Part shown: one piece after another, positions 26,250 to 37,655 of the stretch
Numbering within the stretch: the stretch's first letter is position 1
Layout: the number at the start of each line of letters is the position of its first letter
From: Callorhinchus milii
Taxonomy: Eukaryota
Direction of reading: 5' to 3'
DNA: 64,000 nucleotides
NCBI RefSeq assembly: GCF_018977255.1
Contig: NW_024704753.1
Coordinates: forward strand, 5,580,001-5,644,000
Notes under the pieces: model-generated
Databases searched by the model: none
The model's input: the letters and a program-made list of their open reading frames with translations, nothing else
Told to the model about the DNA's origin: nothing
Translations under genes and position numbers: made by a program

Positions 26250-26346
26250 GCTGCAGATCAGATTAAGAAACTGTACAATCTGTTTTTGAAAGTTGACGCC
26301 ACTCAAGTAGAAATCAATCCCTTTGGTGAAACTCCAGATGGACAAG
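26250..26346 (+). CDS. suclg2: SUCLG2 coding exon (exon 7 equivalent), 97 nt
   Basis: Acceptor attaaacag and donor gtaaga. Encodes AADQIKKLYNLFLKVDATQVEINPFGETPDGQ, including the EINP motif. Confidence 0.96.
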
Positions 26347-26742
26347 GTAAGAGGCTGGGAACAGATGCATGCCTTTTGTTTTTGGTTTACACATCAAAAG
26401 AAATAATTAGTGACCACAAATGTACTAATAGTTCACTTTGACTGAATATAATTCTAGCATTACATATTCAAGCTTGAATAGGCTGGAGACAGACACCCTG
26501 AGTAGTTAAATTAGCCACTCACTCTCTTTTAACTTTATAATCGTAAGACAAGACTGTATCACCGAGAGTCGGCATTTGTCAATGCCGTGTTTTTCATTGA
26601 AAACATTGGAATAATCCAGAATTAGGATTTTTTTTAAAAAAGATGGCTCTTCTCTCCTGTTACTGAGATTCTTTTTCTATAAACAATGGAAAAAACTCTA
26701 CAATTTGTCTTTTCTATTCTCCCTCATGTTTATTAAAATAAT

Positions 26743-26802
26743 ACAACAACTTGCACTTATATAGTGCCCTCCACACAGGGTAGTGTCTCAGAGCGCTTAA
26801 CA
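26743..26802 (-). mobile_element. L2 tail-only fragment (second tail type); similar fragments at 33128-33204 (+), 59899-60000 (-) and 62521-62571 (-)
   Basis: acaacaacttgcacttatatagtgccctccacacagggtagtgtctcagagcgcttaacag. Confidence 0.7.
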
Positions 26803-29800
26803 GTTGAAAGACAACCAGTGTTTTTTTACAAAACCAGTTGTGCCTTGTAGAATTGCTAAATCGGAAATTAGCTGTCGACAAAACATTTACAAAGCTCATG
26901 ATTACTGAAATTGTCAACCAAGGATCAAAACTAAGATTTCCAGGGAATTAGTATTGGAATAGGTAGTAGTTGACATGTTACATTAGGATAACATGAGTAC
27001 ACCAAATCAATACACAATGGAGGTTAAAATGGTGTTTCAATTAGTTGGAATCTCTTCTCTTTACAGGGTGCAATGAAGAAAGTAACCAATTCTCCAACCT
27101 TTGTGGGGGCACATTTCAGACAGGTGAAAGGAAGGAATTGTTGTGTTCTGTTTTAAGAGTTGTTTCCTTTCACCTCGTTTTGTATGGGGTGGAGATTTGC
27201 TCTGTTGAGAGAGAAATCCTTATGATTTTTCATGCTGACGAAGTCTAAATCCTGATCAGTCTTATTTCTGTGTGTTGCTGTCTAGGAATTCTCAGAAATA
27301 ATTAAATTATTGATTACGTTAGTGAAACCCTTGGAGCTAATCTTACATGTGTAATCCTGTTTGAAAGGTAATTCTTCACATCAGTAGATAAGTTACTGAA
27401 GGGTGTTGATAAATTTTGATGTAACCATGTATGTGGTATTTTACAGGTTAATTGGTCAATTTCTTTTAAAGGTTAAAACGCCTGCATTTGAACACCATAT
27501 TAGAGCAGGAAAAATATTTTCAAATACAAATAAGGTAAAATGAATTGAAAAGTATGGCAGTAATCCAATTATTTTAGCTATCTATTGGTCTACTCATTCT
27601 TAAACCATCTTTGTGATGTATTGTTAAAGTGAAATTTCAAAGAAGCACAATTAATATGTATAAGAAAAATGATGAACTTTCAGGAGAAGTTCATATAAAA
27701 TAAAATTGAGGATTCATTATTGAAACCCATGTTTTGTTTTTAAATTCAATATGTGAAGATCTGTGATGCTGTATTGAACCTGAGCAAGCTGACGTTGTCA
27801 GATAGGCAGCAAGTATGGAATACCTTCATGTTGTCTCAGTTTGTTTTTAGAATGAAAGATATGGACTTGAGGCAATACTTTTATTTTGAAAACTATCTGG
27901 TGGTGTCTATTGCTACCTTCTATAAACAGTTAACTTGTATTATTGTAAAGGTAATCTTGATTGAAGAACTGTGATTACTCGTGTTGATTAAAAAGTGTTC
28001 ACTAATGCGAGTAGGAACAATGATGAGATGATTTCAGCCGAATGACAAACAAATCTTCGTCAAGCTCTAAGATAGTATTTTCATAGGCTGCTGATTTCCA
28101 CTTCCCCCACCTTCCACTTTTCCTAACCATGGTCAGTTTCCAGAAAGCTCTTTGAACTTCTGAAGCACAACATTAAAGTGAATGATAAATGTGGGGTCAT
28201 AATGCATAAAAGATGGTGGCAAAAATAAGCAAGGTGATTTCCTGCAAATCTCTAGCTAACCCCAGCAAAATATTACAGAAACTGAAATGAAACTTCAAAA
28301 ATATTTGTGAGAATATAAAATAATTTCATTAATATGCAAAAATAATTACCTTGGTAATGTGCTTAAGTAGTTGGATTTGACAGTTTATTCATGAATAATA
28401 TAGAGCACGTGCATCTGCTTCTAGGTTTTTTGCTGTAATGAGGTGGATTCAAGTAGAACGTAAAATGGAGGAAAAATTGATATGATAACATTTAACAGAT
28501 TTTATCTGTGAAATTGTTTTACTGCAAGAAGGCAATTGCCTTCTGGGTCTCAGAACAGAGAAAACAATCTATAACAACTAATCCTAATAAACATGAAAAT
28601 AGCAACATGGAAAAATAAAAGCAGAGACTAATTAAAATGATAACCATGGATATGAATGATGCCATTCTGTACTAAATTTCATGATTTGCATGTCAATGCA
28701 CATTTTGATACTGGATATTTTCCTATGTTGCAACTCTCATCATAACTTACTTACGTTTGGACAAGCTTTTCTGCCAATTCTCTTCGCGCCAGGAGACATT
28801 CCCAAACTTTTTTCTTTATTAGAAATGACTTGATTATTAATTTTTAACGTCTAGCTGGCAGCAGTGTCAGCTGGTGTGTTTCATGCAGTTCTGATTGAGT
28901 GTGATCTCACCAGTGTTACTGCCCAAATTCATAAAAAGATGCATAATTTAGAAGTTTCATTTTGTTTCCGCAATATTTGGGATGAGTTGGTGAGAAATGA
29001 GCATAAAATGGTCATGTTTTTATTATCACCATCACCTTTTATGCAGTGTAACCTCCCATTTATCGTTTCCTTCAATGATCGATTGTCTACAAAATGCACA
29101 GTCACTACACTTTCCTGTAAAGGTGCTTTGAGTCGTCCCCCGATTCCAAAGGAGCTAGATTAAATGCCAGGATTATTATATAATTAGAACTCAATGTGAA
29201 ATTTGGTTTAGTGCTTTCATGTAATCATTTGAAATATAATTGACATATTCATTCAAATTATAATGCATGCTTTGAGGTTCTGTTGATGTCAAGCACACCT
29301 CCATACAGTGTAAAGTCCACTGCTTTCTAAAATAGTGTTTCAGTGCTATTATATAAAAAATCTGCTGCTAATGGGAAAATAATAATAATAATCCTTGCAT
29401 TTGATATAGCACCTTATCACGTCGGCTGACATCAACCTTTACTTTCTCTCAAGCTACCTTCTGTTAGCAAGAAATATAATTTCTGGAATATATTGCCATT
29501 CGTTTAACTAGAATCCAGAAAGTCTTCCATTTTAATATTTTCTTCCTGCCAAGAGTCAGTCAGTGTGGTAGTTACCTGGATAGACAGATGTGACATCTGT
29601 GGCATCTCTCTGTTGATCTTCCGTCAAACTCTTTTCTATTCCCTTCACTGATATAATACTTCTAAATTGAGGGGTGGACCCGGAAATGAGCTTTCAGTTG
29701 TAACTTGCAACCCATTAAATTTGAATGCATAGCTCCACACTTTGCTTGACCTGTGGACTTGTATCCATATAATGTGAGCTGTTATCATATTTGTGGTGCA

Positions 29801-30671
29801 AACCTATACATGTATACATTCACCTTTGCTGCATTTCCCCTCCTTACGCATCATGCTAAATAGTGCATGGTAATAATTTAGCAATAAATCTCACAATTTA
29901 AAGGTTTACTTATTTTGTTGTCAGACCCATCCATCTGCTACCCTGTGAAATTCTATCTATTCTGGAATATTTGCAATCTCTTTTAGACCATGGGTTAAAA
30001 TCCAGTTCCATTAGAGTGCATGTGTCAGCTGTATTAATATTTCACAAACCGTTTACCTTTGGATGCCATCACCTGATAGGCTGCTTTACATGGTGTGTGT
30101 AGAAATTTAACCCAGACTGCTTCCCTATGATTCCGACCTGGGGTATGAATTTAGTAATGTACTCACCATTTGAATTTACAACTTTTTTTGTGAACAAACA
30201 TTTTCTGTGGCTTTAGTAAGTTAATGAATTAAATACTGTATCTGTTGTTTCATTTTACTTGCTTTGCTTTCCTGACAGTGCAGTGCTCCATACTGTCCTA
30301 AAGTTTTTTTTTCTCAGTTATCGAAAGTTATCGAGACTCAGTAGAAAGTTAGAGAGTTCAGTTAGCTGAAGGGATTCTTAATTGTTACAATCCTAAAGGT
30401 AGAATCTTCTTCTCATCCGCCACCGTCCTCCCTCAAACCAGTTGCACTCAACTCATTCCAGAGCTGTACTTTGGGCAACTTTTTAAGAATTTTTCAACTG
30501 ATAGGATTTGCCAGAATGTGACCTGAAGCAATCATCACACATTAACCAAGCATTATGGATTTTCTCTTTGTCTTGTGCTGCTGACTATGGCAGGTCAGTT
30601 CTGACCGTCAGTGTTTCAGGTCACCCACTGGGTTCTTCCAGCTCCAACACTTAGAGCGTGGTGTTTGGAGG

Positions 30672-30809
30672 ATAATAATAATAATAATAATAATAATCGT
30701 TGCATTTGATATAGCACTTTTCACGTCGGGAGGACGTCCCAAAGCGCTTCACAGAACACACTGCAAAGTGAATTGACTGTATATTTGTGGGCGAACGCGG
30801 CAGCCAATG
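30672..30809 (-). mobile_element. 5'-truncated young tRNA/Deu SINE
   Basis: (AAT)n followed by ttgcatttgatatagc..ggaggacgtcccaaagcgcttcacagaac..gcggcagccaat. Confidence 0.88.
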
Positions 30810-31309
30810 TTGACAATTCTTCAAATCAATAACAACATTCACACAACAAGCTTCCTCCCTCCCGTCCCATGTGGAAACCGTAATAAAAAATTACATGGTC
30901 AAATTGCAGTAATCTTAAATGATTTCCATTCCCTAATCAAAGACATCACTGAAGCATTTCTAGAAAGAATTCTCCATCCTTCTTTCCCCCATGTCAGAAA
31001 AATGTTAGTGCCTGACTGGAAATGTAAGTGGGGATGGGGTGTTGGGGATTATTTGTAGTAGCTTGGTGCTGAACATAAGTAGCACGATGCACAGAATTCT
31101 GGTTCATCGAGCTACTTAGAACAATTATTCAAAATAGGTTTTGATTACATGGCCCAATTTGCCTTTATTATTAAATTTACATTCATAAATCTGCTACACT
31201 GTAGGATTTTTTAGTAATAAAAATGCACACAATTCTGCTACCTTTTCCCCTCTTAACAGCAATGTATAAGATCAGATTTTTTTTTGAAATTTGGTGTTGA
31301 AATTTTGCT

Positions 31310-31560
31310 TCATATTGGAATGTGTCCTATTTTGAGTCATTATCTCCCAACTAGTTCCAGCTGCTAATTTATTTTTAAAAATTTCTCCCATGTTATCATT
31401 CTTTTCCTTCCTACATCTAAACCATCTCTGTTTGTGTCTTGTTGTCGTCTTCATATTTTGTTCCTAAATTGCTCACAGTTCATTATTTCTTTGGTACCTT
31501 TCAATTCCCACCTTCTTCACTTTGGCCATTCTCTTCTCCATTTCCAAGCACTTTGTGGTG
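31310..31560 (-). mobile_element. Possible ancient RTE-clade LINE C-terminal fragment
   Basis: ORF 31272-31454 reads RHKQRW..GTSWEIMTQNRT, resembling the RTE C-terminal pattern GRPxxRW..W...AQDRxxW. Confidence 0.35.
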
Positions 31561-33269
31561 CCAGGAGTGTTAGTTGCAGTGTGGGCAGCTGGTATGCAGT
31601 GCTTCTGGTCTTTCACCACTGACAGGTTAAAGCTCTATTGTGTTTTACAGGCAAGGAGTTTTATACTGGTCAGTTTGCACTTATAATTTAATTGAATAAC
31701 ACATAAACATTTCAATAATCAATGTTGAAACAAAGACATAATAAAACATGTTTACAGGGGGCAAAAGGTAAAGTTGGTTATTATCTGCTAGATATTCTAA
31801 TTTCACTGCAGAAGTATTTCCGATTGATTTATTATACAATTATTATTGTTCTAAACAAATTAAGGCTTGCAATTTTGTTAACTTTGCCAGTTTAGCAAAA
31901 AAAAACTATTGATGTTTAATTTGTTTGTTATAAAAATGTAATGTTTGTGTTTCAGTTTGAAGAACCTGAATTACAATGTATAGTTTCAGAAACTGTACAC
32001 TGTAATTCAGATTCTTCAAACTGTAACAGTACATTTTTATTCGGGGACATTTATATTCTCTTAGTCTTTATAATCCATGTTTTTTGCGAGGACCTTAATC
32101 TTACATCTCTCTGGAGAACTCTCCCAATTGTTGCAATAGCCAATTACTGTTTCCATGCATGCAGATGCACAGAGAGCAAGACTTACCCAAAAGATTCTGT
32201 GTTTTTTTTATTGTCTGGCTTTTTAAAAAAAGCTTTCGAAAATATACACACAACCATTAATTTTACCTCCTCTCCACCATGCCCAATCACCTCCTGATTT
32301 TCTGCAGTGCGATTAATCTGCAATTCATGGTACCTTCTACCAAGGGTCAGTTTTTTCAGCCTGTAACCTTCCACTTGTTTTTCTATAATTGTAAGGTTAG
32401 ATAGCTATGAAAGGGATTTTTCTTTTATCTGTTATGGGATCATGACATTTCTTTCAAGCTGATAAAGGATCATACCTTTTTTCCTTCTTCTGATCAGTTT
32501 GGTGTAAATTGTACCTTTTGTCAATTTTCCAATATGTATTATCTTTTGTGAAATGTTACTGGAAAGTAATTCAGTCCTGTAAATGTCAACCCTATCCGTA
32601 CAATAATTAGCTATATATATATGTATATATAATTAGCCATGTATAAATATATATATAAAATTAGTGATGTATGATTAACAAATGTTTGAAAAAGTTAGTA
32701 ATTGCATCCAAGACCAGGCCCAAATTTCCCAAGTCTTAACATGCAAGACCATTTAGTCTTTAGATTTTAACATCCGGCAAAATTGTTTGAAATTCCTAAA
32801 TTCAGTCTTAATTTAGAAGCCTGATTTCAACAGTTCTTTGGCAAAATTGACTTCTAAATTACAACTGAATTCAGGATTTTTTTTTACAATCATGTACAAT
32901 CTTAGATTTGAAGATTAAAATGGGAGAAATTTCTAAAATCTAAAGTATGCTTTTTGTTTTCTCCTTGAAAATCTCAGCATTTTTGTGATATTAATTCATA
33001 ATTGAATGCTGAACTGAGCAACATGAGAATGATATGGAACTTCTGGCACATTACTCATTATTGCTTCATAGGAATGATTAATGGCAGCATCCTGTTTTTA
33101 AATTCCATTTTACTTCTGAATTGAGTCAGGCTCCGCTACTGTTAAGTGCTCTGAGATGCTACCCTGTGCTGAGGGCGCTATATAAGTGCAAGTTGTTGTT
33201 GTTGAATTGAAGGTAAGTTGAGCAAATAAATGCTATATTACTTGTACTGAGTTCTACATAGCCTATGAG

Positions 33270-33335
33270 CTACAACTTGGCATGCAGCTTGAACTTACAA
33301 CCTCTGACTCAGAGGCGAGAGGCTAACAACCAAGC
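33270..33335 (-). mobile_element. Ancient DeuSINE (SacSINE1/AmnSINE-like) head fragment
   Basis: cttgaacttacaacctctgactcagaggcgagag resembles the recalled head cttgaacccacaaccttctgactcagaggcgagag. Confidence 0.5.
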
Positions 33336-33581
33336 AGGTCTGACATTTACAAACATTTCATGTTTAATTTTCACAACTGTTATTTAAAATAGTTTTGTGT
33401 AGTTTTATTCATAATTTTTTGGTGAATCTGGTTTCCCTCTGAAAAAATTGAGTTATTTTTGGAGAGCTATTCCTGCTAAAATTGACTGATAACTGCATAT
33501 TAATTGACTCACTTGTGAGGTAGTCTCATTATATAATTTGTAAATGTTTTTGTTGACCTCATTTCTCTTTTTGTCTTTCAG

Positions 33582-33743
33582 TTGTTTGCTTTGATGCCAA
33601 AATCAACTTTGATGACAATGCACAATTCAGACAACGGGATGTTTTTTCTCAGGATGACACGTCGGAAAGTGACCTCATGGAAACTGAAGCAGCAAAGCAT
33701 GACCTCAAATATATTGGGATGGATGGAAACATTGCTTGCTTTG
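33582..33743 (+). CDS. suclg2: SUCLG2 coding exon (exon 8 equivalent), 162 nt
   Basis: Acceptor ttgtctttcag and donor gtaagt. Encodes (V)VCFDAKINFDDNAQFRQRDVFSQDDTSESDLMETEAAKHDLKYIGMDGNIACF. Confidence 0.96.
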
Positions 33744-34140
33744 GTAAGTGAAACGAGTCTGTGGAGTCAGTTCTTGTAAGTGATATGTAAAAAAAACCTG
33801 AAAGTTTCCATATATCTGGATATAAATTTGTTCTTTATTGTGCACATTTATTAATTTGTAAATTATGCACAAATAATATGCTATAAACTATACCACTATG
33901 AACAAACTGTTTTGTTACATTTTAGAGGCAGTGTGAAACATTTTTAAGCTGTTCAATCAATTTTCATTCAAGTAAATGTGTGTTCATGGTACTTCCATTC
34001 ATTTTTCCTATTTGCTTACAAATAGTCACCACACTTGACAGAAATTGGTTGTGAAGTGTTTTCACGAGGTGTTTTGACATTATAGCCACTTTAACAAATG
34101 CAAGGATGATTACCGAGTTCTGAATGTCTTTTGTAAACAG

Positions 34141-34283
34141 TTAATGGAGCTGGCCTTGCCATGGCAACATGTGATATTATTGATCTTCATGGGGGAAAAC
34201 CAGCAAACTTCCTGGACCTGGGTGGTGGTGTGCAGGAGAACCAGGTGTACCAGGCCTTTAAGCTGCTTTCAGCTGATACTCGG
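34141..34283 (+). CDS. suclg2: SUCLG2 coding exon (exon 9 equivalent), 143 nt
   Basis: Acceptor ttgtaaacag and donor gtaaga. Encodes (V)[47 protein letters not shown], including the NGAGLAM and PANFLD ligase-CoA motifs. Confidence 0.96.
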
Positions 34284-37200
34284 GTAAGATGACTTTTTTA
34301 ACAAGCACAAACATTCCTTAATATTTTGAAAGGGCCGATGTTCACTTCACCTTCCTGTTCTCCAACTTTCTACTTTGCAGAGTTGGATTTAGAGGCAATT
34401 GAAGCTATTATTACAGTTTCCATGTCCTGTGATTTTCAGTGCTTAACATTTCCCTAACTTGGAAACATTCAATCTGTACTTTCCGTTTTTCCATTAGAAT
34501 AAAGTTGAGTAAAGCTACCAATGATCAAACCCAAAGTCACTGTAGGAAGATGCACTTCAGCATAAATAAACAGTAAAAGAGGAAAAAGCTGTACAGATCC
34601 TAAATGATATTTTTCAGACTTCCAAATTCCAAATTCTAAGGTTAGACTCGATTTCAATGGTAAGCGTAACGTAAACGCTTGCCTTTCATAATACATGTCA
34701 TTGTATTTTTAGGACTTTTTTGATCACGCATTTTGATATCTTACCCCACGTCTTCCTTCCTCATCTCCTCGACCTCCAGCTCCGGCTCCCAGCTGGCTCC
34801 GTGAAGTTGTTTACAAATGTCCTCCCGACGTGAAATATGCTATATAAATGTAAAATTGTTGTACACAGCATTGTGTCAATAAAAAAAATCACTGAGAAAT
34901 GCTGGAGGACTTTAGTAGCAAAGGAAGTTATATACCAAATCTCAATTATATATCGGGGACAAATTGACCCAACGTTGTATAAATTAAGAAGTAGTTTGAA
35001 TTCAAATCAATTGTTAATGAAAGGCTAACATACAGGATATACAGCTGGAAACTTGCCCACCTTTGTCTTTCAAACAATACAGGTAATTTGAAATCATTAG
35101 ATAGAAATGTTGTCACATTTCAAGCAAGTAGGACCTTTCACATACTCCATTACATCTGGCCTTTTCTGTTCTGTTGGATGCAATGTAGACAGAATTGTTC
35201 ATGGTTTTTCATGCTCTCCTTTACCTCTCAAGAGGTGTTAGGTTAAGGATGAATCCGCGCTGGTTGAAGGGCTCCTGTCGTGCTTTGCTCAATTGAAACC
35301 TGCAGATAAATTTTATTAGCTTTGAAATTTTCCTTCAGACGTTGATCTAAAAGAAAATGTAAACTGGGCATGAAATTTCTTCTGTCATTCAGCTACAGAT
35401 GGTAGTTAAACTATTTATGTGTAAGGGAGACAAGATACCTTAATAATGGTGGTTTGCAGTAATTCGCTGTTTTACCTGAACTAATGGAATCCTGTTCTTT
35501 AGATGATTTTGATCCAGTTCATTTTATTGCATACTCTAGCACCGTACCCTTGAGAATTCACATGTCACATCTTTTGTTCTGAATGTCTGCTATCTTGCAG
35601 TTTGAAGCTCAGGAAGAAACATGGGTGAATTAAACTTATCTTTTTGCTATAAATAATTTACCAGACTGTTGAATTTTCTCTTAATTATCTTCCACAATAT
35701 GTTGCAGTCAGAAATTACCCTTTATGTAGTTTATGGGTCTTATAATGCTGTAAGAGAAATCCAAATCTGTAATGTCATTAACTTCCGGAGGAGCCTGTAC
35801 AGACCTTAATAGAATCTGTGAACAGGTTTTAACATCATAATTTGACACCGTCGCTTCTTGCCACAGTTAAAATGTTTCATTTGAAAGTCTGCAAAATGTA
35901 TTGGGCAATTTTGCAACATCTCATTTTGTTTTCATTTATGTGAAATCAAGGTGGGACTATAAGTCGGATTTTTGTCAGAACTGCTGTATTTCCCTGTGGC
36001 ATACGTGTTCCAACTACTAAAACCTGTTGATGGTTGCTGTTTTATTATATATTATTACCTTTCATTACAACTTTAAATGGAGCATTTGTCAGCTGCTTTC
36101 CAGAAATGGTGCCAGTCCCTATTGTTTCTCTATCCCCTTGTGAGAGCAACAGGCAGAGTGCTATACTTTGTTTTACTTTAGCATGCAATGTAATATACTC
36201 CGGTGCAAAATCCCATTTGATTTGTTTTAATGCAGCACTTATATTGCATGTTTGATGGTGAATCAGTAGGATTTTGCGCCAAACCTATAGTATAAATGGA
36301 GGTTGAGCCAGTGAATTGTATTTGAGATCCATTCTTGATACAACATGGTGGGTAATAATTCCATTGGGTTCACTTTCCTGGTGGTCCATTCAAAACGCTC
36401 AGAACTGATATTGATCAATTCAGCAATAAGAGTTCTTTAATAGTATATAAAAAACAAATACCCACATGCAAAACTCTGCAATCAAGTTTTATTTTACACT
36501 GATTCAGTGTTTTGTACAGTAAGTATATACCAGGCTTACTTGTACACATCACCACACTGCAGAATAAACACAGTGTAAGTCTTCTTATTTTTCCTCAAAA
36601 CATGATTTTTTTTTCAATGTTCTCTCTTCAATGTTTCATGGCCTTTTGCAAATTAGTAAATGGGCTTTGGATTTTTTTAAGGTTTCCTAACCAATGACAC
36701 TTTATGAATTGACCTAACAGAGGCATATATTCCAAAGGGAGTGATAGGCAGTGGCTAACTATTTTTCACATAAGCGTACCTATCCAAGAAAATGTATCGC
36801 ACATCCTGGTTTGATGGACAGCTGACAGTTGTAACTAGAATTCATTTTGACAGTGATGTAAAGCAAACTTCTAAACTGTTGTGATTCCAATGGTACCTAA
36901 TATGCTACTTACCTTTAAGCCTTAGATGGCTGGCAGGTATATGGAAATTTCTGTCTCTATGGGTTGACTGGTTCTGCACACTTTCAGCTCACGCACTGTG
37001 CAGATGAAAAAAAATTACAGTAATGAACCTACTCAAGCGTCTGGGATGTGGCTGTATATCAGTTGAAAGAGGACTGTAGAGAGATCTCCTGCTGATAAAG
37101 GAAGTGAAAGCAGCTCTGTTCAAAAAAGCTAAGGAGGCAGGGATTACTCTGTGAAGTAACTAGTGGCATTGAATTTGAATGAAATTGACATCTGATGAGG

Positions 37201-37528
37201 TCCAGAGTTACAAATAAAATATATGCTTTTCCATGAAATATCAGGTTGAAGTAATTTAATTATGAGGTATAGTTCAAATTATTTTCATGTTGCTGTGGAG
37301 ACAAACAAAATGTGCTAAAGATGCAGTTCCCATCAAAGCCTTTTTCAGAGTATATAGCATGTGATGAAAGATGAGAAAAAACACTGTGATGCTGCAAATA
37401 AGAAAAAAAACATAATAATTTATACCAAACGTTTTCTCGTTCTCTTTCCTCTGCTAATTGATTTCCTTTGGATTGCTAGCTTTTCTATTTTTGTGTTAAA
37501 AAGTGATTTTAATGTTATTCTATATTAT

Positions 37529-37655
37529 TTGGCTATCGCATTTTGCCCACAAAATATAGTCAATTCACTTTACAGTATATTTTGTGAAGCACTTTTGAGA
37601 TGTCTAAAAGACGTGAAAAGCACTATATCAAATGTAAGGATTATTATTATTACTA
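37529..37655 (+). mobile_element. Deu SINE 3' fragment; similar fragments at 40594-40708 (-), 42608-42670 (+), 45315-45395 (+) and 29380-29430 (-)
   Basis: gcccacaaaatatagtcaattcactttacagt..gtgaaaagcactatatcaaatgtaaggattattatt. Confidence 0.8.
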
